From a virus (lineage: Duplodnaviria; Caudoviricetes), in IMG/VR virus record IMGVR_UViG_3300028588_000015, positions 1 through 64,000 of that record: a DNA stretch of 64,000 nucleotides. One strand, given 5' to 3'. The notes below the pieces were generated by a model, which saw only the letters and a list, made by a program, of their open reading frames with translations, searched no databases and was not told the origin of the DNA. Position numbers and translations under genes: made by a program. Below, one piece after another: positions 8,613-16,349 of the stretch. The stretch's first letter is position 1; each line of letters opens with the position of its first letter.

Positions 8613-9343
8613 TGCGTCTCGCGTGGTGTTAGTCACAGGCGGCTCCTTGTGGGTGCGGCTGGGGTTGGCCGCAGCCGCACTACTGACGGGTGCCGGTATG
8701 GTGCTGATGTGTCGGGACGAACTTCCGGCGCAAGAAGCCTCGACCGGTGAAGGTGTTGTCGAGACATTCGACGCATTTGCCTCTACCCGCCTGACTCGAT
8801 CCTTTGCTGAACGTATGCTCGACATCCGTCCGGAATACGCAGGCGATTACGACTGGACTTGGGAAACCGACCCGGCCGTATTGTCACGCTCGATCGACGA
8901 CACCATGCCATCCTCGCCCGGCGTTTGGTCAACGCCGCGGCCTCAATCAATGACCATTGATCCGAACGCCGGCCGCCACAAGGAATCGGACCTTGTTAGG
9001 CAACGGAGTTACGTGATCTTCGGTCCAGTTGAGTCGCGGGGTGGATGGCCCGCAGACCGTAGGACGAAGGGATCGAACCGTTCCTTCTGAACTGGAATTA
9101 GACCAGTCGCGTTAACAACCTGCACTCACCGAGTGGCAGGGGATCGCGTCCACTTGCACCATCGCCGTATCCGAACCACCCACTTACCTGTTACGACGGG
9201 TGAGGGCTGAAATTAGGACCGAGCTTTGGGGTGTAACGCAGATGATCCAGTGAGGGGTGCTATCCGTGCCGCAGAGTGGTGTCATGCCACAATGCAATTA
9301 GCGCCGTAAAGTCACCCCTCACACCAATCCAAGTAGTATCAAA
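8613..9343 (+). ncRNA. Candidate large structured non-coding RNA
   Basis: Many perfect or GU-containing helices, e.g. 8653-61/8672-80, 8644-52/8976-84, 8695-703/8901-09, 9024-30/9090-96, 9183-91/9196-204 with a UACG loop, 9250-59/9313-22; no well-supported CDS. Confidence 0.7.
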
Positions 9344-9452
9344 GTCGAGACGGGCGGATGTTGGTTGGACGCACAGGCGAAAGACGAGAAATCGTGCGAG
9401 TACCTGCGATCTTTAATAGAGACCCGAAGGTTCGATTCCTTCTCTCGACACC
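9344..9452 (+). ncRNA. tRNA-Leu-like element with the anticodon loop replaced by a 25-nt insert
   Basis: Acceptor GTCGAGA/TCTCGAC, discriminator A9450 then CC; Leu-type D arm GCGG..TTGG..CGC; anticodon stem CAGG/CCTG; long variable arm TCTTT-AAT-AGAGA; T arm GAAGG-TTCGATT-CCTTC. Confidence 0.8.
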
Positions 9453-9470
9453 GTTATGAAAGGAGTACAG

Positions 9471-9740
9471 ATGAAATACATCATCACACCGAGTTTCTTA
9501 ACTGTCGTTAATGATGACGGTGAAGAATTGAATGTGCACATATATCCCAGCGAATATGCTGTACTGAGTCACGAAGGCAGAACACTACTAATGATTCAAG
9601 CCGCAAAGGACCCCAGTTCGTTTACCACGTTACCGCACACGAAGCAGGACGTTAAAGAAGCTGTCTTCAATCTCGTATCAACTGCAAGGTACGTTACCAG
9701 AAGAAACGGTATCGACATGCCGTTGTGGTTAAAACCGTAA
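9471..9740 (+). CDS. Hypothetical protein
   Basis: ATG at 9471 with AAGGAG RBS, 20 nt after the tRNA-like element. Confidence 0.75.
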   Translation: MKYIITPSFLTVVNDDGEELNVHIYPSEYAVLSHEGRTLLMIQAAKDPSSFTTLPHTKQDVKEAVFNLVSTARYVTRRNGIDMPLWLKP

Positions 9741-9742
9741 GA

Positions 9743-9793
9743 GGTTTCTTGTCGCCCTTCTTGTCAGGGGTAGCAAGAAACCTTTTTATGCCG
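9743..9793 (+). terminator. Terminator with TTATGCCG flank
   Basis: GGTTTCTTG..CCCT/AGGG..CAAGAAACC, T tract, TTATGCCG at 9786-93. Confidence 0.7.
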
Positions 9794-9854
9794 TGTAATA
9801 AAAAACACCATATGCTAATTTTATGTGGGGTACCCATCTGAGAAAGGAGAGGAC

Positions 9855-10226
9855 ATGCATGTCCGTGCTTGGCTGATCCAAAGCATTGCGGGGTATCTGG
9901 CGGACCTTGAACCGTATTTAACCCAAGCCCTAGCTAAACACCATATTGAACAGAAAGAGGATTTTGTTCTGTGGTTAGTGCGTCAAGAGCTACTGTCGAT
10001 CTATTGCTTGTTCGAACATCGTGCTTTTTTGGCAAGCACGCGGTATTTCAAGGTCTATTCTGATTTACAGGAAAATGTGCCGTTCAACATACAGAAATGC
10101 TTTACGCACTATTTTCGCGCACCCCGTCTTTTCGACGGCGGTCCAGTTGAAGTGAATTTACGGTCCCATCACGTTGTCTGTGTTGGGTATCTGACAAACC
10201 TTGAGAAGTACGATCCCAAAAAATGA
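9855..10226 (+). CDS. Hypothetical protein
   Basis: ORF 9825..10226; ATG at 9855 after GGAGAGG; overlaps the next gene. Confidence 0.7.
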   Translation: MHVRAWLIQSIAGYLADLEPYLTQALAKHHIEQKEDFVLWLVRQELLSIYCLFEHRAFLASTRYFKVYSDLQENVPFNIQKCFTHYFRAPRLFDGGPVEVNLRSHHVVCVGYLTNLEKYDPKK

Positions 10227-10999
10227 TTGACGAAAAATACCCGATCAAACAAGTAGCAATCGTGGAAATCATGGGGGTGGCTGTAGCGCTCCATGAATAC
10301 TACTCGAAGTACCTGATTGCGCCGCCCGGCGGCGTGTACCTGCGTAATAGCTTCAAACCGGTGTTGGTGCCCAATCAGAAATACTACCAGCGCGTTATCA
10401 CGGACACCTCGAGCGGGAACCAGTTGGTAACGATGGTGCCGATCAATTTCGATGACCCATTAACCGAGGTACAAGGCGCTGTTTTTGATGAGAATGGCGT
10501 ACTCCTTGTTTCAGCGCACGCCATCCACATGCTGCGGCCGGAGCCACTGATGCCGGTGGTAGCGACCGAACTGATCCTTGACCTTCTGAACCTTGAGCTG
10601 AATAAGCTTCAGGCATGGGTGCCACACGGTGTCGATCGTAAATTGGAATCTAAAAATAGCGCATATGAAGTTATTATGCGCTACCTTACACCGGAAGCCA
10701 AGGATGCGATTGCCAACGACAACATCCCAAAGACGGGTCCAATGCGTCGCGATATTGCTACCAATGTTGAACTGCTCGAAGAACTGGTGCGCAATCAACC
10801 CGTGCTGGTCGATCTGTTTGAAGACATTCTCCGCCACATGGCGGTGCTGCGTAAACGCATTGTGTCATTCGTGGGTGAAGATGTCTGGTGCGTGCATTTC
10901 ATGGAACATTTGGCACACGGCGCCATTTCGCTGTCCAAGAGCGTCGACTATCGCATCATTGACTGGCACGAAAAGAACGGCGTGCCGATCGATTACTAA
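10223..10999 (+). CDS. Hypothetical protein (phiKZ-like cluster between phuZ and the DNA polymerase)
   Basis: 258-aa ORF in a tightly coupled operon. Confidence 0.75.
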   Translation: MIDEKYPIKQVAIVEIMGVAVALHEYYSKYLIAPPGGVYLRNSFKPVLVPNQKYYQRVITDTSSGNQLVTMVPINFDDPLTEVQGAVFDENGVLLVSAHAIHMLRPEPLMPVVATELILDLLNLELNKLQAWVPHGVDRKLESKNSAYEVIMRYLTPEAKDAIANDNIPKTGPMRRDIATNVELLEELVRNQPVLVDLFEDILRHMAVLRKRIVSFVGEDVWCVHFMEHLAHGAISLSKSVDYRIIDWHEKNGVPIDY

Positions 11000-11011
11000 G
11001 GAAGGTGTGTA

Positions 11012-11467
11012 ATGAAAAAGCAAAGGGCCGTCTTGTTGGACTTGACTGGCCCTGTGGCCGTGCTGGCGCAATCGTTTTACGAATGGGCGATCACTGTGCG
11101 GGAGCCATCGTGGGTGTCACCACCATTCGTCATGATTCGCACCGGCATGTTCAATGAGTTTATCGAAGCGGTGCTCTATGAGATTTTCAAAGAGCATTAC
11201 TTGTCGGGGTACATCGACCAAGAGGCTGAGTCGAACAAGTACCTGCGCGAACAAGGCATGCCGCCTGAACTCGTGCTTAAACTCAAGTGCGATTTTCTGA
11301 ACACAGTAGTTAGCATTATCTACCGTGTCCTGCCTGAGATTAACTTCTTGCAGGTGGAGAATTGCGACTACGGCCTTTGCGATGTGGATAAACTGTTGCT
11401 TCATCTTAACGAAGACGTCAACAGCCCGATGTACTTGGCCGCCACCCCGCCCCCGATGTTAGCGTAA
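11012..11467 (+). CDS. Hypothetical protein
   Basis: 151-aa ORF, AAGGTG RBS. Confidence 0.7.
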   Translation: MKKQRAVLLDLTGPVAVLAQSFYEWAITVREPSWVSPPFVMIRTGMFNEFIEAVLYEIFKEHYLSGYIDQEAESNKYLREQGMPPELVLKLKCDFLNTVVSIIYRVLPEINFLQVENCDYGLCDVDKLLLHLNEDVNSPMYLAATPPPMLA

Positions 11468-11511
11468 ATAAACCCACCACAGTCAGTCGGCTGTGGTGGG
11501 CAGGAGATTTC

Positions 11512-11886
11512 ATGAAAAACGTTATTATTCTGAATTGTAAAAAAGAGATCGAACGTTTCGTGGTTGACGCCATCGATCTGGATTTACCCAGCATCGCCCT
11601 GCCTGTGATTTTGGAACAGATCGTTGACATTCTGAATCATGAAGACCTCGACAAGCGCGACATACACGGCGCCGCCTGCAATTACATTAACAATTGCAAA
11701 ATGGATCTATTTTACGATCCTGTACAATTGGATGGCGCAGAAAATCATCTTTATTCTGCGATGCTAAAATTAGCCGGTTCGATTAGAAATAAACTGCGTC
11801 ACCACCATGCGTATGTTGACGGTCAGTTCCCCTTCACTTTTAAGAAAATCATCCACGATGGCACCTTTTATCTCACCCGGCGATGA
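11512..11886 (+). CDS. Hypothetical protein
   Basis: 124-aa ORF, AGGAG RBS. Confidence 0.75.
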   Translation: MKNVIILNCKKEIERFVVDAIDLDLPSIALPVILEQIVDILNHEDLDKRDIHGAACNYINNCKMDLFYDPVQLDGAENHLYSAMLKLAGSIRNKLRHHHAYVDGQFPFTFKKIIHDGTFYLTRR

Positions 11887-12355
11887 ACCCCAGCAGGCGC
11901 CATCGCCCACTGCACTGCGCGCGCCTTCACACATCATCCTCGACACCCGGCTTCTCGTGCGGGAACTGCGCGACAGCATGATGCCGTTTTATGAAGGCGA
12001 CGGCGCATCTGCCAAACTCATTAACATCTTCTGGCACGGCGACATGGAAAAGATCCTGCCCGAAGTCGTCCAGATCATCTCGTTTAAGAAAGACGCAGAG
12101 CTTTCGCTGCAATACGAGAGTATGCAAATTGTTCAGGAAGCAATTGGCGAACACAACGTGGACCAAGTTGTCGCCTATGCTCGTTTCTTGGTGAACCTCG
12201 GTATGCATTTGTCCCAGCACTTGCAGCGCGCCGGTGCTTACCAGAACGGTATATTGAAGTACACTTACAAGTGCATGCATGGAGATGACATTGTACTTGA
12301 ACACGTTCTCTTTAACGGAGCCGACGATGCCACCGAACCGCCCGTTTCCGCGTAG
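11858..12355 (+). CDS. Hypothetical protein
   Basis: ORF 11807..12355; start uncertain, in-frame ATG at 11858. Confidence 0.65.
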   Translation: MAPFISPGDEPQQAPSPTALRAPSHIILDTRLLVRELRDSMMPFYEGDGASAKLINIFWHGDMEKILPEVVQIISFKKDAELSLQYESMQIVQEAIGEHNVDQVVAYARFLVNLGMHLSQHLQRAGAYQNGILKYTYKCMHGDDIVLEHVLFNGADDATEPPVSA

Positions 12356-12725
12356 TGTGATTTTGGAAGTACCGCCGTATTACGCGCTTTTCCAACGGTG
12401 TCTTAATATACAACTGCCGCTTCCCGTCGAAGACTTTCAAGAAGTGATGCGCCAGTTGATTTATGAACACATGAACTATCCAGCAGACAAGGTGAGGTTA
12501 GCCGTAGGGTTTCTGATACCTGACGTCAATCTTATGCGAGACCCACGCCTTCGTGTTGATCCGGTGTTGGTCAGTCAGCTTTTTTTGGCAACTGAAGCAT
12601 TGGCCGCCATGTTGTGTAGTCATTTTAAGTTTCACGACTTGGTAGATGTCGATGGTACGGTGCCGTATACTCCACGCAATATCCACCACGACATTGTTAT
12701 CCTTGATTACGTGACGGGCGATTAA
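12279..12725 (+). CDS. Hypothetical protein
   Basis: 148-aa ORF overlapping the upstream gene; start uncertain. Confidence 0.6.
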   Translation: MEMTLYLNTFSLTEPTMPPNRPFPRSVILEVPPYYALFQRCLNIQLPLPVEDFQEVMRQLIYEHMNYPADKVRLAVGFLIPDVNLMRDPRLRVDPVLVSQLFLATEALAAMLCSHFKFHDLVDVDGTVPYTPRNIHHDIVILDYVTGD

Positions 12726-12746
12726 CTTCTTCTACTAGGAATCCAC

Positions 12747-13151
12747 ATGGCCACAACCTTTAAACTCAACGGCATCTATCGCTTCGATTTGCAAGCACCC
12801 AGCATCTTGGGGGCCAGCCTCAAGAACGTAACAGTCGTGTCGACGATGACGGAGCGCAGTGCAATCCGCGCTGGTTTGGCCACCCGTGAAATCCACGCCA
12901 AGATTTACAGCCAACTGCCGGTAGGCACGCCCAACAACCCGGATGCTTACACCTACGTCGAATTCCGCACCATGAGTGGCGAGACTGTGATCATGGGCCT
13001 GCCGTGGATCAAGCAAGAAAGTATCGAAGAGATTACGTTGCGCCCCTACAACGTACGTTTCGATGATCTTCCAGCAGTCGACCTGGAACGCCTGAGTCAC
13101 CTTCTTCTCACCGGTGGCTTCAAGAAGTTCACTATCGCACTGGCCGAGTAA
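12747..13151 (+). CDS. Conserved phiKZ-like hypothetical protein
   Basis: 134-aa ORF, AGGA RBS; precedes the DNA polymerase as in related phages. Confidence 0.75.
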   Translation: MATTFKLNGIYRFDLQAPSILGASLKNVTVVSTMTERSAIRAGLATREIHAKIYSQLPVGTPNNPDAYTYVEFRTMSGETVIMGLPWIKQESIEEITLRPYNVRFDDLPAVDLERLSHLLLTGGFKKFTIALAE

Positions 13152-13240
13152 CCAAACGTTGCGTAATGTATGTTATGTGAAAGAAACGTGATGGTGAACT
13201 AGTTTTTTTACTGGGTTACCGTATGTTTTGAGTAGTAAGA

Positions 13241-13529
13241 GGGGTCAGGCTTACCCCGCTGCTTGCGACCGGCACACCGTAACACTCTCCCCGCCGGGCG
13301 TGAGAACCTCCATACGCAAGGAGGATGCCAACAACCGCTGCCAATGCCCGATTTGACCGTCTTCCTTCTTTCTACGGTTAAATTCTTGTTAGATCGATTG
13401 CACACTTGCGCTCCACCGTTTCCCCTCTTTCCGGTGGATTGATGCGTGCGCGATTGACGGGTGGCGCCGTTTGTGAAGTACTGCGTTTTACGGGGACGGG
13501 GCCTTCGGGTCTCGTCCTCTTTTTTTTTT
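13241..13529 (+). ncRNA. Candidate sRNA or leader with twin pyrimidine-loop hairpins
   Basis: Hairpins 13241-57, 13307-24, 13353-81 and 13412-38 in a 450-nt intergenic gap, ending in a strong terminator. Confidence 0.55.
13492..13529 (+). terminator. Strong intrinsic terminator
   Basis: GGGGACGGGGCC-TTCG-GGTCTCGTCCTC with a C(UUCG)G loop and a 10-T run, 74 nt before the DNA polymerase start. Confidence 0.85.
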
Positions 13530-13602
13530 ATTCCGATCTTTTTTCTTTTGCGAAAAAATACCCAACCATGGCATCTTGTGATACCAATAAGGAGTTGCTT
13601 TC

Positions 13603-15768
13603 ATGAATGCACTGGTTGATAACCCATTTATCCTGCCCATCGAAGAATACAAGCGGGACATTGATCCCATGGGTCACTATGCCGATGATGTTGCCTGCTA
13701 CCTGGCTATCATGTCGGATAAAACCAAAGAATACACACGGCCCTACGTCGATCGCCAACTGGGCAAAGGTGGTCGGTTTGAATTCAAAGACCCGCAAGCG
13801 TACTTCCTGTACCGCCAATCGAATGGCGACCGCATCCGGCGTGCCATGCCGTTCTTGGGGTATTTGAACGAAGCGATCAAGAACCAAGAACTCATCGCCG
13901 CCACGTTCACGACTTATATCCACCCATCGAAGAAACAGTCGCTTCTCGTCGACTACATCGACGATAACGTGGCCGGGCGCAGTAAAGCCAAGAAAGCAAT
14001 GTTTGCGGCAAAGGCAGCGGGCGATAAAGCTACTCAGCTACTGAAAAAGATTGAGCAGAATAACCGCAAGATTCGCAACAATGCAATTTCGGGCTCGCAC
14101 CAGACACCATCGACCCCAATGTACAATCCAACGGGGCACAGTACTTTGACGTCGACCTGCCGTGTGACTTCCGGTTATGGTAACGTCAACAACGAGAAGT
14201 TCGTGGCCGGTAATCGACATTACTGGTCACCGCAGGTGACGTTGAACAATATCATCTCGATTGTCAACCACAGCGATTACCAGGCAATCCGGGCGGTGAT
14301 CGAAAAGTACGATCTGGTTTACCCATCGGTGCAAGATACGATGGATTGCATCAGCTTTTCGACCAATCTGTATTGGCCGTTTATGCCAGAAGCCCTTGCC
14401 CGTATCCGTTTGTTTGTTGAAAAGTTGACACCGATACAACGCGCCGCGTTTGTTTACACGGGTGACATGTATCACCTGATGAAACATAACGAAGTGATGG
14501 TGCGTACCTTCTTGGACAAACTATCGCATCGGGCTACGGTTCCGCATACTGACTCTGAACGTATCATCTCGACGGTTCGTGGTGACTACTTGAATTTGGC
14601 TGGTTCGATTTGTGCCGATATTATCATTGCGGCCGCCGAAGGCAAGAACGCTGAACCGCCGTACGGCGCACTCAAAGATAAACCGGTGTACGGGATTATC
14701 GCAGCTACTGCTGAAAATGTTGCGAATGTCTTGGCCGATTATTCTGACCTGATCAAAGCTTTTTGGGTCACGTCCAACGTCCCGGCTTCGCTTGCTAAAT
14801 TGCCCGAGAGCATTCGCCGGGTAGCGCTGGTGTCGGACACCGACTCGACAATCTTTACGGTACAAGAATGGGTGATCTGGCATCAAGGCCGTCCAGGCTT
14901 CGATCCGCAGTGTAAGGCTATCGGCTCATGTATGATCTTCTTGGCATCGCAAACTGTCACCCACTTGTTGGCTAAGATGTCGGCCAACTTCGGTATCGAG
15001 CAAAAGCGTCTTCTTCAGATCGCCATGAAGAATGAGTATTACTTCGACGTGTTTGTACCGACCCGTGTGGCTAAACACTACTACGCGGTCAAGTCGATTC
15101 AGGAGGGTCAAATCTTCGCCGAACTCGAAGAAGAGATCAAGGGTGTGCACTTGAAGTCGTCCAATGTATCCAAGGAAGTCATTAAGGAAGCGGCGGTCAT
15201 GATGCGTGACATCATGGACATGGTGATGGCGGAACGCAAGATCAATCTGTACGACATGGTCAAACGGGTGGCGGACGTAGAGCGCCGGGTGATCGAAACC
15301 ATTCGACGTGGCGACTCCGACTACTTCAAGCAGACACAGATCAAGAACGCTGAGTCGTACACGAAAGACAAGGGCGATTCACCATACCAACACCACACCT
15401 TCTGGCAAGAAGTGTTTGCACCCAAGTACGGCTATGCAGAAGAACCGCCGTACGCTGTGCTGAAGATTTCGGTGGACTTGTCCTCCAACGTCAAGATGCG
15501 CCAGTGGATGGAAAGCTTCAAGGACCGCGAACTGGCGAAACGCTTGGAAGCATATATCGCCAAGACGGGAAAGATGAAAAACATCACCACGTTCCAGTTG
15601 CCACAACCGGTGATTGCACAATGTGGTATCCCGGAAGAAATATTTCAAATGATCGACTATCGGAGGATAGTCATGGATACGGTGAAGGTGTTTTACCTCG
15701 TATTAGAGTGTATCGGGTGGTTTATGGCGACCCCAAGGCTCACTCGGTTAGTTTCTGATGATTATTAA
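13603..15768 (+). CDS. Family-B DNA polymerase, C-terminal (polymerase) part (phiKZ gp50-like)
   Basis: Motif B-like KIEQNNRKIRNNAISG and motif C SDTDS; no exonuclease motifs. Confidence 0.88.
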   Translation: MNALVDNPFILPIEEYKRDIDPMGHYADDVACYLAIMSDKTKEYTRPYVDRQLGKGGRFEFKDPQAYFLYRQSNGDRIRRAMPFLGYLNEAIKNQELIAATFTTYIHPSKKQSLLVDYIDDNVAGRSKAKKAMFAAKAAGDKATQLLKKIEQNNRKIRNNAISGSHQTPSTPMYNPTGHSTLTSTCRVTSGYGNVNNEKFVAGNRHYWSPQVTLNNIISIVNHSDYQAIRAVIEKYDLVYPSVQDTMDCISFSTNLYWPFMPEALARIRLFVEKLTPIQRAAFVYTGDMYHLMKHNEVMVRTFLDKLSHRATVPHTDSERIISTVRGDYLNLAGSICADIIIAAAEGKNAEPPYGALKDKPVYGIIAATAENVANVLADYSDLIKAFWVTSNVPASLAKLPESIRRVALVSDTDSTIFTVQEWVIWHQGRPGFDPQCKAIGSCMIFLASQTVTHLLAKMSANFGIEQKRLLQIAMKNEYYFDVFVPTRVAKHYYAVKSIQEGQIFAELEEEIKGVHLKSSNVSKEVIKEAAVMMRDIMDMVMAERKINLYDMVKRVADVERRVIETIRRGDSDYFKQTQIKNAESYTKDKGDSPYQHHTFWQEVFAPKYGYAEEPPYAVLKISVDLSSNVKMRQWMESFKDRELAKRLEAYIAKTGKMKNITTFQLPQPVIAQCGIPEEIFQMIDYRRIVMDTVKVFYLVLECIGWFMATPRLTRLVSDDY

Positions 15769-15961
15769 TCAGGCCAATTTCAGTCACATATCACTCCGTG
15801 GATATAACCGAGAAAAATCAATAGTGGTATCTGTTGATGGGGTAATTTATGGAAGTATTTTACAAGCATCCAAAGAGTTAGGAGTTTCCCACGGATGCGT
15901 GCAGGCACGTATTAAAAACGCTAAATATCCAACATGGTTTAAAATCGAAAAGGAGCAATAA
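15758..15961 (+). pseudogene. NUMOD1-like DNA-binding domain; probable homing-endonuclease remnant
   Basis: VSVDGVIYGSILQASKELGVSHGCVQARIK resembles NUMOD1 (..G..Y.SI.EAA..LG); AT-rich; overlaps the polymerase end; no nuclease motif. Confidence 0.55.
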
Positions 15962-16152
15962 TGATCCCAACCAGCAACGAGCACGAAAAGACCAACAAAC
16001 CCAATACGTCGGCAAGTAGCGGTAAAACGCCGATCCCGGTACGCCGAGTACCCACCCATAAACTCGTTGGTCAAGACGATTTCGACTACATCGCCAGCTA
16101 TGGCGGCGGTATCCAGCGCCGCGACGGCTACAACGACCCGGACGGAGCATGA
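15961..16152 (+). CDS. Hypothetical protein
   Basis: 63-aa ORF, AAGGAG RBS. Confidence 0.6.
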   Translation: MIPTSNEHEKTNKPNTSASSGKTPIPVRRVPTHKLVGQDDFDYIASYGGGIQRRDGYNDPDGA

Positions 16153-16153
16153 C

Positions 16154-16330
16154 ATGAGTGACAATACCACCAAACCCGTGGCACCGGTTTCGCCACTCGG
16201 CGTCTTTACGGTCAAGCCGGTCTACCTCCATGAGCTTCCGCCGGAGCAGCGGAAACAGATGGCAAAAAATGGTGAACTGACCGAAGTTCAGGCGGAGTGG
16301 GTGCGCCACCACGAACGGGAGACGCGCTGA
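16154..16330 (+). CDS. Hypothetical protein
   Basis: In-frame ATG at 16154 after GGAG. Confidence 0.55.
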   Translation: MSDNTTKPVAPVSPLGVFTVKPVYLHELPPEQRKQMAKNGELTEVQAEWVRHHERETR

Positions 16331-16349
16331 TAACTGAGCGGAGGAATAC

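Noticed and set aside
7584-8825. Long antisense ORF (413 aa) opposite phuZ
   Set aside because: Shadow of a high-GC3 gene; no RBS or motifs
8524-9090. 188-aa ORF overlapping the phuZ end and the structured region, with a hydrophobic stretch
   Set aside because: Its start lies inside phuZ with no clear RBS, codon use is unlike its neighbours, and the region is better explained by GU-containing helices; a dual-function ORF is not fully excluded
8613-9452. Identification as tmRNA, RNase P RNA or a group I/II intron
   Set aside because: No G3-U70 acceptor or tag ORF ending in ALAA-like residues, no GAGGAAAGTCC P4 motif, no clear P7 or domain V; GTGCG (8653) and CGCCGTAT (9163) are not followed by the required structures
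9344-9452. Functional decoding tRNA or tRNA with a removable intron
   Set aside because: No U33-containing 7-nt loop can be rebuilt by a simple excision, and the insert is too short for a self-splicing intron
13208-13670. Short ORFs in the 13.15-13.6 kb gap
   Set aside because: No RBS, they cross the terminator and hairpins, and they do not look protein-like
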